In this document: piece after piece, positions 36,904 to 46,488 of the stretch
Layout: the number at the start of each line of letters is the position of its first letter
Position numbering within the stretch: position 1 is the first letter of the stretch
Assembly (NCBI GenBank): GCA_013203315.1
Contig: JABMQJ010000029.1
Coordinates: forward strand, 635 to 64,634
DNA length: 64,000 bases
From: Candidatus Omnitrophota bacterium
GTDB taxonomy: Bacteria > Omnitrophota > Gorgyraeia > JABMRN01 > RBG-13-46-9
Direction: 5' to 3'
Notes under the pieces: model-generated
Told to the model about the DNA's origin: nothing
What the model saw: only the letters and a program-made list of their open reading frames with translations
The model's database searches: none
Position numbers and translations under genes: made by a program

Positions 36904-36932
36904 AGTGTAATAAAAACATGAGGTTGTGTCAA
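36904..36932 (-). promoter_or_regulatory. sigma70-like promoter TTGACA-N17-TACACT on the minus strand; -10 is only 6 nt from the deacetylase ATG (possible leaderless mRNA)
   Basis: Reverse complement of 36904-36932 is TTGACACAACCTCATGTTTTTATTACACT, followed by TATGAC and then ATG. Confidence 0.4.
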
Positions 36933-36977
36933 TACAATTTTAATGTGACAAAAAGACTTTCCAATAGATTAATACAT

Positions 36978-37006
36978 TTGACATTATAGTCCCCATTATA
37001 TATAAT
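36978..37006 (+). promoter_or_regulatory. Consensus sigma70 promoter TTGACA-N17-TATAAT for lysS
   Basis: Perfect hexamers with a 17-nt spacer. AAGGAG SD at ~37031 and ATG at 37045. Confidence 0.5.
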
Positions 37007-37044
37007 TATATAGCTGTAATAGCAGTATAAAGGAGACTTACGCT

Positions 37045-38463
37045 ATGAGCAATATAAGCGATATAGAAAAACAAAAAAGAGAAAAGCTAAAAGAAATAGA
37101 AGCGCTCGGCATATATCCCTTTGGCGAAAAGTACGACGTGGATTGCGCGATAGGAAGCCTGAAAAAAGATTTCAAGGAGGGTAAACCCGTCTCAGTAGCC
37201 GGCCGTATCATGGCCGCGAGGGAACACGGAAAGACCGCATTTTTGGACCTTAGGGATTCCACGGGCAAAATCCAGCTTTACGCCGGGCAAAAAGTACTCG
37301 GCGAGGAAAAATTTTCATTCCTGAAAAAACTGGACGTGGGAGATATTGTCGGCGTAAAGGGAGAGTTATTTAAGACGCGGACCGGCGAAGAGACAATAAA
37401 GCTCGCGGAAATTAAAATCCTATCCAAGTCCCTGCGCCCGCTTCCCGAGAAATGGCACGGGCTAAAAGACGTGGAGACGCGTTACAGGCAGCGATACGTT
37501 GATTTAATCATAAATGAGGATGTGAAGAAAATATTTAAAACAAGAAGCGCGGTTATAAGCAAGATAAGAGAAGTCTTGGAAAAGAAAGGATTCATGGAAG
37601 TTGAGACGCCCATGATGCATCCTATTCCAGGGGGCGCGGCGGGTAAGCCTTTTAAAACACATCACGAAGCGTTGCACAGGGATTTATATCTGCGCATAGC
37701 GCCTGAGCTTTATCTAAAAAAATTGCTCGTAGGGGGATTTGAAAAAATATACGAAGTGAACCGTTCTTTCAGGAACGAGGGGATTTCCCCCAGGCATAAC
37801 CCCGAATTTACGATGCTGGAAGTTTACGAGGCCTTTTCTGATTGCGAGGGCATGATGAAACTTGTCGAGGAAATTATCCGAAAGGCGGCGAAAGACATCT
37901 TGGGTAAGGAAAAAATAGAATACCAGGGAAAAACAATCGACCTTACGAAGTGGGAAAAGGTTTCGTTCGCGAAATTGATGGAAGAGAGCTTCGGGATAAA
38001 GGCTACCGACGATGAGAAAACCTGGGTCAAGAAATTGAAGCAAAAAGGCATCAAGTTCGAGAAGGAGCAGGTTTCGCGCACGCAGATCATTAACATTGTC
38101 GGCGAGCTTGTTGAGCCAAAGGCGGCGGACCATCCGGTGTTTGTGGTGGACATATTCAAAGAGCTTTGCCCTCTTGCGAAGGCAAAAAAAGATAACCCGA
38201 ATCTTACCGATAGATTCGAATTATATATGGGCGGGATTGAAATTGCCAACGCGTATTCGGAGCTTAACGATCCGATCGAACAAAAGAAAAGATTCGAGGA
38301 TGCCGGGGGCCAGATAGACGAAGACTTCGTGCGCGCGCTCGAATACGGCATGCCGCCCGCAGGCGGGCTTGGCGTAGGCATAGACAGGCTTGTCATGATA
38401 TTGACGAATTCGGCTAATATCCGTGAAGTAATATTTTTTCCGCAACTTAAAGAGGAAAAATAG
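37045..38463 (+). CDS. lysS: Lysyl-tRNA synthetase (class II)
   Basis: OB-fold anticodon-binding N-terminus, then class II motifs (FRNEG, ...GGIEIANAYSELNDP..., GLGVGIDRLVM). Confidence 0.9.
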   Translation: MSNISDIEKQKREKLKEIEALGIYPFGEKYDVDCAIGSLKKDFKEGKPVSVAGRIMAAREHGKTAFLDLRDSTGKIQLYAGQKVLGEEKFSFLKKLDVGDIVGVKGELFKTRTGEETIKLAEIKILSKSLRPLPEKWHGLKDVETRYRQRYVDLIINEDVKKIFKTRSAVISKIREVLEKKGFMEVETPMMHPIPGGAAGKPFKTHHEALHRDLYLRIAPELYLKKLLVGGFEKIYEVNRSFRNEGISPRHNPEFTMLEVYEAFSDCEGMMKLVEEIIRKAAKDILGKEKIEYQGKTIDLTKWEKVSFAKLMEESFGIKATDDEKTWVKKLKQKGIKFEKEQVSRTQIINIVGELVEPKAADHPVFVVDIFKELCPLAKAKKDNPNLTDRFELYMGGIEIANAYSELNDPIEQKKRFEDAGGQIDEDFVRALEYGMPPAGGLGVGIDRLVMILTNSANIREVIFFPQLKEEK

Positions 38464-39686
38464 TGAACTGGAAATTATTTATAAGCTTACGATATTTAAC
38501 ACAGACGAGCAAAGAGCGGTTTATCTCCATGATAAGCGTTATCTCTGTTTTCGGCGTTATCGTAGGAGTGGCAGCGCTCATCGTCGTCATATCGATAATG
38601 ACGGGATTTGACATAGAGATCAAGGAAAAGATTATCGGCACATATTCGCATATAGTCCTCTTGAGGGAAGGCGGCATAGAAAACGAAGAAGATACGATGC
38701 GTGTTTTGGGTAAAAATAAACACGTCGTAGCAAGCGCGCCTTTTATTGACGAACCGGCCTTTATTAAATATGAAACCGGGGTTGTTGGGATTCTTTTGCG
38801 TGGCCTGGATGAAAAGCGTGAGAGCACTGTAAGCAATGTAAAAGAATATGTCGATGGCGGTGCGCTTAATTTCGGAGAAAACGGGATCATTCTCGGAAGT
38901 GAGCTCGCCAAGGCCCTGAGGCTTAAAAAGGGCGATGAGGTTACGGTCTTTTCCCCTTATCCGAATAAAGAGTTCCCGTATGACCGGAACCGGGGCAAGT
39001 TTACAATGGTCGGCACATTTGTTTCGGGAAGATATGACTATGATGCGAACCTCGCTTTCGTAAGCCTGGAATCGGCAAAAGCGCTCTTTGGCAAAAATTC
39101 TGTTTCCGGCATCGGCATAAGGGTTGATGACGAATTTAACGTGAAAAAAATAAAACATTCACTGCAGAGTACGTTCGGATACCCGTTCACCATAAAAAGC
39201 TGGATGGATTTGGATAAAAATCTCATGAGGGCTCTGGCGATAGAGAAAAAGATGATGTTTATTATTTTAGCCCTTATAATTTTAGTTGCGTGTTTTAACA
39301 TAGCAAGCTCTCTCATAATGCAGGTGCTGGAGAAGACAAAAGATATAGGTATTCTCCGGGCTATAGGCGCAACAGCCGGCAGCATAAGAATGATATTTAT
39401 CTTTCTCGGATTTATGACCGGCCTCCTGGGCGCTTTCCTGGGCTCATGTTGCGGAATTTTTATAGCGGGAAACATAAACGTTATCGCGGATCAGATAGAA
39501 AAAATAACGGGCTTTTCACTTTTTCCAAGCGACATTTATTATTTAAGCGAAATTCCCTCAAAGATTGTACCGGGTGATATTGCCTTCATAGCGGTTTTTG
39601 CGCTTTTCCTGGCGGTTTTAGCGTCACTTTATCCGGCGTGGAAGGCCTCGCGCCTTAATCCGGTCGAAGCAATCAGGTACGAATAA
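38463..39686 (+). CDS. Lipoprotein-release ABC permease LolC/E family (FtsX-like)
   Basis: Four TM segments with a large periplasmic loop between TM1 and TM2. N-terminus MNWKLFISLRYL is typical of LolC/LolE. Followed by lolD. Confidence 0.8.
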   Translation: MNWKLFISLRYLTQTSKERFISMISVISVFGVIVGVAALIVVISIMTGFDIEIKEKIIGTYSHIVLLREGGIENEEDTMRVLGKNKHVVASAPFIDEPAFIKYETGVVGILLRGLDEKRESTVSNVKEYVDGGALNFGENGIILGSELAKALRLKKGDEVTVFSPYPNKEFPYDRNRGKFTMVGTFVSGRYDYDANLAFVSLESAKALFGKNSVSGIGIRVDDEFNVKKIKHSLQSTFGYPFTIKSWMDLDKNLMRALAIEKKMMFIILALIILVACFNIASSLIMQVLEKTKDIGILRAIGATAGSIRMIFIFLGFMTGLLGAFLGSCCGIFIAGNINVIADQIEKITGFSLFPSDIYYLSEIPSKIVPGDIAFIAVFALFLAVLASLYPAWKASRLNPVEAIRYE

Positions 39687-39688
39687 AG

Positions 39689-40408
39689 ATGATAAAAGCA
39701 GTAAGTTTAAACAAAACGTATTTTCAAGGGAAGGCAAAGATAGAAGCGGTTAAAACTGCGAGCCTGGAGATATTTGAGAAAGAGTCCGTGCTTATTGCGG
39801 GCCCTTCGGGTGCCGGTAAGTCAACCCTTTTGCATTTGCTGGGCGGCCTCGATCAACCTTCGGGCGGAACACTTTTTTTTGACGGAGCGAATTTTTACAA
39901 GTTATCCGATAAAGCCCGCTCTGAAATAAGAAACGAAAAAATAGGGTTTGTATTTCAATTTTATCATCTATTGCCGGAATTTACGATTTTGGAAAACGTA
40001 ATGCTGCCGGCACTCATGAAAAAAAGGCCCAGGCGGAGTAATCACGATATTAAAAAAAGGGCCGAAAAACTATTGAATCTGGTTGGTTTAGGCCGTAGAA
40101 TAGGGCACAGGCCCAGAGAACTCTCGGGCGGGGAATCGCAGCGGGCCGCAATCGCAAGGGCTCTTATAAATTTCCCGGCAGTTCTTTTATGCGACGAACC
40201 CACGGGTAATCTCGATTCAAAAATAGGCCACGGAATAATAGATTGTCTTTGGGAGATGAAGGAAAAAGAAAACATGGCTTTAATTATTGTCACGCACGAT
40301 GAGCGCATGCATGAGGATTTTGATAAGAGATTCATGATGCGTGACGGAATTATAGAGGAGCAAAAGCATGGGACTCAAAGTTTATCTGAACGGCAAATTT
40401 GTAGATAG
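39689..40408 (+). CDS. lolD: Lipoprotein-release ABC ATPase LolD
   Basis: Walker A GPSGAGKST, ABC signature LSGGESQR, Walker B LLCDEPTGNLD. Confidence 0.8.
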   Translation: MIKAVSLNKTYFQGKAKIEAVKTASLEIFEKESVLIAGPSGAGKSTLLHLLGGLDQPSGGTLFFDGANFYKLSDKARSEIRNEKIGFVFQFYHLLPEFTILENVMLPALMKKRPRRSNHDIKKRAEKLLNLVGLGRRIGHRPRELSGGESQRAAIARALINFPAVLLCDEPTGNLDSKIGHGIIDCLWEMKEKENMALIIVTHDERMHEDFDKRFMMRDGIIEEQKHGTQSLSERQICR

Positions 40409-41240
40409 GGATAAGGCGAAGATTTCTGTTTTTGACCACGGCCTTCTTTACGGCGACGGCGTTTTCGAAGGAATACGTTCCTATAGCAGGCTCGTGTTTA
40501 AACTACGCGAACATATGGATAGGCTGTATAGTTCAGCCGCCGCCATAAAGCTTAAGGTTCACATGAGCAAGGCCGCGTTGACTCAAGCGGTTTTGGATAC
40601 GCTTAATAAAAATGATCTGGACAACGCGTACATAAGGCTTGTTGTTACTCGCGGGCCCGGAGACTTAGGGCTTGATCCGCGTAAATGTAGGAGGGGCGGT
40701 CGCGTTTTCATCATAACGGACAAGATAGCGCTATACCCGAAGAAGTACTATGAAAAAGGACTTCACATTGTTACGGCGAAAACGAGAAAGAATTACGTAG
40801 GCGCCATCGACCCGAATATAAAATCGCTGAATTACCTGAATAACATTCTGGCTAAACTCGACGGCATAAAGAAAAAAGCGCCCGAAGCGATAATGCTGAC
40901 GGATAATAACTACGTCGCGGAATGCACAGGGGATAACATATTTATCGTGAAAAGGGGCGCGCTTTTTACGCCTCCGAGAAACATCTCATTAAAAGGTATA
41001 ACGCAACAAGCGGTCATAGAAATCGCCAGGAGAAAAAAGATAAAAGGTAGAGAGAAAAACATACGGATGGGCAAAGTCTATGACGCAGACGAGTGTTTTC
41101 TAACGGGCACTGCCGCTGAAATCGTGCCCGTCACAAAGGTTGACGGCCGGATTATCGGCAACGGAAAGCCCGGACGCATGACATGCGAACTTCATACGGC
41201 GTTTCACAAGCTAACAAAAACAGACGGCGTACGATATTGA
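40368..41240 (+). CDS. Class IV PLP aminotransferase (branched-chain amino acid or D-amino acid aminotransferase)
   Basis: FDHGLLYGDGVFEGIRSY and the fold-type IV pattern. Cannot tell IlvE from Dat by eye. Confidence 0.75.
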   Translation: MGLKVYLNGKFVDRDKAKISVFDHGLLYGDGVFEGIRSYSRLVFKLREHMDRLYSSAAAIKLKVHMSKAALTQAVLDTLNKNDLDNAYIRLVVTRGPGDLGLDPRKCRRGGRVFIITDKIALYPKKYYEKGLHIVTAKTRKNYVGAIDPNIKSLNYLNNILAKLDGIKKKAPEAIMLTDNNYVAECTGDNIFIVKRGALFTPPRNISLKGITQQAVIEIARRKKIKGREKNIRMGKVYDADECFLTGTAAEIVPVTKVDGRIIGNGKPGRMTCELHTAFHKLTKTDGVRY

Positions 41241-41258
41241 TTAGAAAGGAAGAAAGAA

Positions 41259-41831
41259 ATGCAATGCGATATATGCCATAAAGAGGCCGCCACTGTGCAC
41301 CTTACCGAGATTATCAATAACAAGGTGACGAAGCTTCATCTGTGCGAAAATTGCGCCAGAGAAAAAAGCGCTGAAATGGAAGAGCATTTCGGACTGGCGG
41401 ATTTATTATCGGGGCTGGCAGATCTCGTGCCGGTTACTACAAAAAAAGGAAAATCCCCCTCTCTTAATACCGGAGCGGACATAGATGTCGGCATTAAATG
41501 CCCTAGTTGTAGTTTTACATTTCAGAAGTTCAGAAAAATAGGGCGTCTTGGTTGCCCCAACTGTTATGATGCATTCAGAAGCCAGCTTAGCCCGCTCCTC
41601 CGAAAAATACACGGCTATGATAGGCATACAGGCAAGATTCCGAACAAAAAAGAAGTTGTGAAGGACGCAACTGTGTTACTTGGAGATTTGAAAGCAAGGC
41701 TTACAAAAGCGATAGAGCATGAAGAATTCGAAGAGGCCGCGCGTCTACGCGACCAAATAAGGTCGATTGAAAAGAAAACTAAGCCCGAAAAGAACGAAGT
41801 GAAAAGCAATAATAAGAAGGGCAAAAAATGA
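41259..41831 (+). CDS. mcsA: McsA-like activator of protein arginine kinase (zinc fingers + UVR domain)
   Basis: N-terminal C-x2-C...C-x2-C pairs (CDICHK...CENCAREK; CPSC...CPNCY) and a C-terminal UVR motif EEFEEAARLRDQIRSIE. Precedes mcsB and clpC. Confidence 0.7.
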   Translation: MQCDICHKEAATVHLTEIINNKVTKLHLCENCAREKSAEMEEHFGLADLLSGLADLVPVTTKKGKSPSLNTGADIDVGIKCPSCSFTFQKFRKIGRLGCPNCYDAFRSQLSPLLRKIHGYDRHTGKIPNKKEVVKDATVLLGDLKARLTKAIEHEEFEEAARLRDQIRSIEKKTKPEKNEVKSNNKKGKK

Positions 41832-42877
41832 ACCTGGAAGAACTGCTACACAAAAGAAGTGAATGGCTAAAAGGGACAGGTCCGAAGTCCGATATAGTAG
41901 TTTCAAGCAGAGTCAGGCTTGCCCGGAATATCGATAAATTTCCGTTTTTCAATTGGGCCCAGCCAAAACAAAAAGAAGGGATCCTGGCACTCGTAAAGGA
42001 TGCTGCCTTAAAAAGTAAATTTTTGAAGAAAACCATGTTTTTGCAAATGAAGGATTTATCGGAAATCGACAGGCAATTTCTTGTCGAAAGGCATCTTACC
42101 AGCCCGGAACACGTAATTGATCCGCAATATAAAGCGGTTCTGATAGACGACCAGGAAATTGCCAGTATCATGATTAATGAGGAAGACCATGTGAGGCTTC
42201 AGATATTGCAATCCGGTTTTAACATAATAGAAGCATGGCGTATGGCTGACGAAATCGACACCGACCTCGGGACAAGGCTTCCTTACGCGTTTTCTGACAG
42301 GTGGGGATATCTTACAGCGTGCCCTACAAACACGGGCACAGGGCTCAGGGCGTCCATAATGCTGCACCTGCCGGCTCTTGTCATGACAAACCAGATTGGT
42401 AAAGTTTTTCAGGCGATATCAAAGCTGGGGCTTACAATGCGCGGTTTTTACGGAGAAGGCACAGAGGCCGTAGGTAATTTTTTTCAGGTTTCAAACCAGG
42501 TTACGTTGGGTCGCAGCGAAAACGATTTAATCGAGAAAATCGGTAGTATAGTAGATAAGCTTGTACAGCGCGAAGAATCGACGCGCAATATTCTCATGAC
42601 AAAAAATAAAGATGAAATATCCGACAAAATATGGCGCGCATACGGTACGTTAAAAAGCGCCCGCATCATTACAAGCTCCGAAACAATAAAACTACTTTCA
42701 GTTATTCGGTTGGGAGTAAATTTAGGCGTAGTGACCGGTATTAATGGAACTCAAATAAATGAACTTTTCATGCTAACACAACCGGCGCACCTGCAGAAAA
42801 TAGAAGGTAAAATTCTTAACCCGAACCAGAGGGACTACAAAAGAGCTGACATTATAAGAGAAAAATTAAAAGGATAG
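41828..42877 (+). CDS. mcsB: Protein arginine kinase McsB (phosphagen kinase family)
   Basis: Guanidino-kinase signature CPTNTGTGLRASIMLHLP. Context with mcsA and clpC. Confidence 0.85.
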   Translation: MNLEELLHKRSEWLKGTGPKSDIVVSSRVRLARNIDKFPFFNWAQPKQKEGILALVKDAALKSKFLKKTMFLQMKDLSEIDRQFLVERHLTSPEHVIDPQYKAVLIDDQEIASIMINEEDHVRLQILQSGFNIIEAWRMADEIDTDLGTRLPYAFSDRWGYLTACPTNTGTGLRASIMLHLPALVMTNQIGKVFQAISKLGLTMRGFYGEGTEAVGNFFQVSNQVTLGRSENDLIEKIGSIVDKLVQREESTRNILMTKNKDEISDKIWRAYGTLKSARIITSSETIKLLSVIRLGVNLGVVTGINGTQINELFMLTQPAHLQKIEGKILNPNQRDYKRADIIREKLKG

Positions 42878-42890
42878 AAAGGGACAAAAC

Positions 42891-45374
42891 ATGGCAATGT
42901 TCAATAGGTTTACAGAAAGAGCACGCAAAGTCATTCTCCTGGCTAAAGAGGAAGCCAAGCGTTTTAACCACGATTATATAGGTACCGAGCACATTCTCCT
43001 GGGCCTTGTTCGTGAGGGTGAAGGTGTTGCTGCCGCGGTTTTAGCAAGCCTTGGCTTAAGCGCGGATAAAATAAGATTTGAAGTGGAAAAACTTGTTCAA
43101 CCCGGGCCGGCTACCATTGTATCCGGCGATATACCTTTTACACCGAAAGCGAAAAAGGTTATAGAGCTTGCGATGGAAGAAGCCAGGAGCCTGGGGCACA
43201 ACTATATTGGCACAGAACACCTGCTTCTTGGCCTTATACGCGAAGGCGAAGGAGTTGCCTCCCAGGTTCTCATGAATCTAGGTTTGGAGCTGGATAAAGT
43301 CAGGATGGAGGTCATGAACCTTCTCGGGTCTTCTATCCCCGGTTATGGCCCAACGCCAAAAACTAAAAAAGGAAAAACACCGGCACTTGATGCTTTCGGA
43401 AGGGACCTTACCAAGTCTGCTAAGGAAAATAAACTTGATCCCGTTATAGGAAGACAGAAAGAGATAGAGAGGGTTATACAGATTTTATCGCGCCGCACAA
43501 AAAATAATCCTGTTTTACTGGGAGAAGCGGGCGTAGGAAAAACAGCTATCGTAGAAGGCCTCGCCCAGAAAATCATTTCAAATGACATACCGGAGTTGCT
43601 CAAAAACAAGAGGCTCATAATACTTGATCTGGCCCTCATGGTGGCCGGCACAAAATACAGAGGCCAGTTTGAGGAACGCATCAAGGCCGTAATGGACGAG
43701 ATAAAAAATTCTCCGGATGTAATCGTTTTTATAGATGAGCTCCACACTTTAGTCGGAGCCGGCGGAGCCGAAGGCGCAATCGACGCTGCAAACATACTTA
43801 AGCCGTCACTTTCGCGTGGCGACATTCAATGCATAGGCGCGACGACTTTAAATGAATACAGGAAACACATAGAAAAAGACGCTGCCCTCGAAAGAAGATT
43901 TCAGACTATTGTTGTAGAGCCAAACAGCGTGGAAGAAACATTCGAAATTCTTAAAGGCTTGAGAGACAGATACGAAGCCCATCATAAAGTAAAGTTTTCA
44001 GATGAGTCATTGGAGGCAGCGGCAAAACTTTCTGACAGGTATGTAAGCGGCCGTTTCTTGCCCGATAAAGCCATTGACTTGATAGACGAAGCCGGCGCGC
44101 GTGTGCGGCTCTCCACGATGACTGTACCGCCCGACATAAAGGATATGGAAAACAAGATAAAAGACTTGAGAAACCAGAAAGAAGACGCTGTAAGGGATCA
44201 GGATTTCGAAAAAGCGGCAAAATTCAGAGACGAAGAAAGAAAGGCGAAAGAATCCCTGGCGAAAACAAAAAAACACTGGAAAGAAGCCCAGGGAAAGAAA
44301 ATTCTTACTGTTAGCGAAGAAGATATAGCTACTATCGTATCCAATTGGACAGGGGTACCTCTTTTTAAGCTTGAAGAAAAAGAGTCTACGAAGTTTCTCA
44401 AGATGCAGGAAGATCTAAATGCGCGAGTTATAGGACAGCCCGAAGGCATATCTGCCATTGCAAGTGCCGTAAAGCGCTCACGCGCAGGCATAAAAGACCC
44501 AAAAAGGCCCATAGGCTCTTTTATCTTCATGGGCCCTACCGGTGTCGGCAAAACACTACTCGGCAGAAAGCTCGCCGAATTTATGTTCGGCGATGAAGAC
44601 GCTGTTATCCAGCTCGATATGTCCGAGTACATGGAAAAATTCAATGTTTCCAGACTCGTAGGGGCGCCTCCCGGCTATGTGGGTTATGAAGAGGGCGGGC
44701 AGCTGACCGAGAAGGTAAGGCGAAAGCCCTACTCGGTTGTGCTTCTGGATGAAATAGAAAAAGCCCACCCGGATGTTTTTAACATACTTTTACAGGTTCT
44801 GGAAGAAGGGCGTCTCACGGATTCGTTCGGAAGAAAGGTTGATTTTAAAAATACAATTCTTATCATGACATCGAATATCGGTGCAGAGATGCTGAAAAAA
44901 CAGGGCTCCATAGGATTCCGTTCCGAAGAGAAAGAAGAAGAAACCTATAAGGACATGAAAGCAAGGCTTCTTGAAGCGGTTAAAAAGGTTTTTAAGCCCG
45001 AATTCTTAAACAGGGTTGATGACATAATTGTATTCAGGAGCCTTACCAAGAATGATCTGCAAAAAATCGTGAATATTGAAATCCAAGAAGAGCAATCGCG
45101 GCTTAAGGAACAGGATGTAGAATTAGAACTCACAAGCCAGGCCAAGGATTTTCTTATCGAAAAGGGCTTTGATAAAATGTTCGGCGCGCGGCCGCTGAAA
45201 AGAACTATTCAGCGATTTCTCGAAGATCCCCTGGCCGAAGAAATTATTGCCGGAAGATTCAAAGGCGGCGCAAGTATAAAAGTTATCGTAAAAGGCGATC
45301 ACCTCGAATTTACGCGTGTCGCGAAGCCTGTAAAAAAAGATAAAGAAAACGCTAAGCAAGAAAAGGTAAAATAA
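42891..45374 (+). CDS. clpC: ATP-dependent Clp protease ATP-binding subunit ClpC
   Basis: Duplicated Clp_N repeats (GTEHILLGLVREGEGVAA / GTEHLLLGLIREGEGVAS), two AAA+ modules, a UVR-containing middle domain and a ClpP-docking loop region. Confidence 0.9.
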   Translation: MAMFNRFTERARKVILLAKEEAKRFNHDYIGTEHILLGLVREGEGVAAAVLASLGLSADKIRFEVEKLVQPGPATIVSGDIPFTPKAKKVIELAMEEARSLGHNYIGTEHLLLGLIREGEGVASQVLMNLGLELDKVRMEVMNLLGSSIPGYGPTPKTKKGKTPALDAFGRDLTKSAKENKLDPVIGRQKEIERVIQILSRRTKNNPVLLGEAGVGKTAIVEGLAQKIISNDIPELLKNKRLIILDLALMVAGTKYRGQFEERIKAVMDEIKNSPDVIVFIDELHTLVGAGGAEGAIDAANILKPSLSRGDIQCIGATTLNEYRKHIEKDAALERRFQTIVVEPNSVEETFEILKGLRDRYEAHHKVKFSDESLEAAAKLSDRYVSGRFLPDKAIDLIDEAGARVRLSTMTVPPDIKDMENKIKDLRNQKEDAVRDQDFEKAAKFRDEERKAKESLAKTKKHWKEAQGKKILTVSEEDIATIVSNWTGVPLFKLEEKESTKFLKMQEDLNARVIGQPEGISAIASAVKRSRAGIKDPKRPIGSFIFMGPTGVGKTLLGRKLAEFMFGDEDAVIQLDMSEYMEKFNVSRLVGAPPGYVGYEEGGQLTEKVRRKPYSVVLLDEIEKAHPDVFNILLQVLEEGRLTDSFGRKVDFKNTILIMTSNIGAEMLKKQGSIGFRSEEKEEETYKDMKARLLEAVKKVFKPEFLNRVDDIIVFRSLTKNDLQKIVNIEIQEEQSRLKEQDVELELTSQAKDFLIEKGFDKMFGARPLKRTIQRFLEDPLAEEIIAGRFKGGASIKVIVKGDHLEFTRVAKPVKKDKENAKQEKVK

Positions 45375-45377
45375 TAG

Positions 45378-46475
45378 ATGAAACGGTCCAGGTCCGCAAA
45401 GTTAAAAAAGATTTACCTTTTCAATATTCTTCTTCTCACTTCTATATTCTTTTTTCAGGAAGTGCGGACAAACTTTTTTGTTAGGGAACTAAGCCAGTGG
45501 CAGCTTCAAAGGCTCTTTCCCAGGGGCACCGTGGTTAAAATAGGAAATATAGAAGGAGGCATTTTTAGTAATCTCGTTTCGGAAAATATAAGCATCTTAC
45601 CCCCCGAAGAGATCTGGCAGGATGCGCCCGGTTTTAACATAGAACGAGTAGAGGTGGATTACAGGTTATGGTATCCGCTTTTCGGTAAAATGCCGACCTT
45701 ACCCGATAGCGAAAAGGCGCATTTACATATTGCTCAGGGGAAAGGCTCGATAATCGCGGAAATAGAAAGAGAAAATGATAAATTTACGATAAACGGCCAA
45801 ATCAATCACCTTAAAATTGACGGGATGGATTTTATAGGCGAATACAGCGCTACCGTAGATACCGGCGACAAGGGTTCTCTTAATACACGAGTTGCATTTA
45901 AAAACATAATCATAAATTACGCCCCGTTCAGTAAGGACATAGAAGTCACTACGAGCTATAATAGGATCAAAGGCGTTTTAGGCATAGATGATTTTAAAAT
46001 AGGAAAAGAAATTAAAGGGCATGGACATGTGGGGTTAACCAGCCCATACGCCATGCTTCTAAAATGGACAATTACGGATCTAAGTTTGGAAGATTATTTT
46101 ACAGCCGAAAACAACAACGATAATATTTCCGGAAAAATAAACGGAAATTTTGTTCTAGAAGGCCCCGCCAGGGAAGCAGCGCTTCTCGCGCACATGGATG
46201 TCCAAAACGGAGATTTTAACGGTTTCACTTTTGATTCCGCCATGGGCGACCTAAAAGGAAAAGGCCCTTTAATATCGATATTCGACTCGAGGATTCGTAC
46301 GGAAGACACCCGTTTCATATTCGGCGGCGAAATCGACCTTACAAAGCTTAAAGACAACAAAGCCTTTGACGGGCTTTTTCTTGAAGTAGATGAAAGCGCC
46401 TATGGCCAAAACGAATCCAGCGCTATCGGCGAACACTCGGATTCGACGCGAAAAATTTTAATAGAAAAACTATAA
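45378..46475 (+). CDS. Hypothetical secreted or membrane-anchored protein
   Basis: N-terminal signal/anchor (KIYLFNILLLTSIFFF). No recognisable motif. Sits between clpC and the mla genes. Confidence 0.4.
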   Translation: MKRSRSAKLKKIYLFNILLLTSIFFFQEVRTNFFVRELSQWQLQRLFPRGTVVKIGNIEGGIFSNLVSENISILPPEEIWQDAPGFNIERVEVDYRLWYPLFGKMPTLPDSEKAHLHIAQGKGSIIAEIERENDKFTINGQINHLKIDGMDFIGEYSATVDTGDKGSLNTRVAFKNIIINYAPFSKDIEVTTSYNRIKGVLGIDDFKIGKEIKGHGHVGLTSPYAMLLKWTITDLSLEDYFTAENNNDNISGKINGNFVLEGPAREAALLAHMDVQNGDFNGFTFDSAMGDLKGKGPLISIFDSRIRTEDTRFIFGGEIDLTKLKDNKAFDGLFLEVDESAYGQNESSAIGEHSDSTRKILIEKL

Positions 46476-46488
46476 CCGGAAAAACATT

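Noticed and set aside
37824-38396. 190-aa antisense ORF inside lysS, plus the similar nested ORFs at 37714..38133 and 38221..38445
   Set aside because: Fully embedded opposite a strongly conserved aminoacyl-tRNA synthetase gene. Low-complexity Ser/Pro-rich translation with no motifs. A typical shadow ORF.
38496-39158. 220-aa minus-strand ORF opposite the LolC/E permease, plus the 38447..38911 ORF
   Set aside because: Embedded antisense in a conserved ABC permease gene. No motifs.
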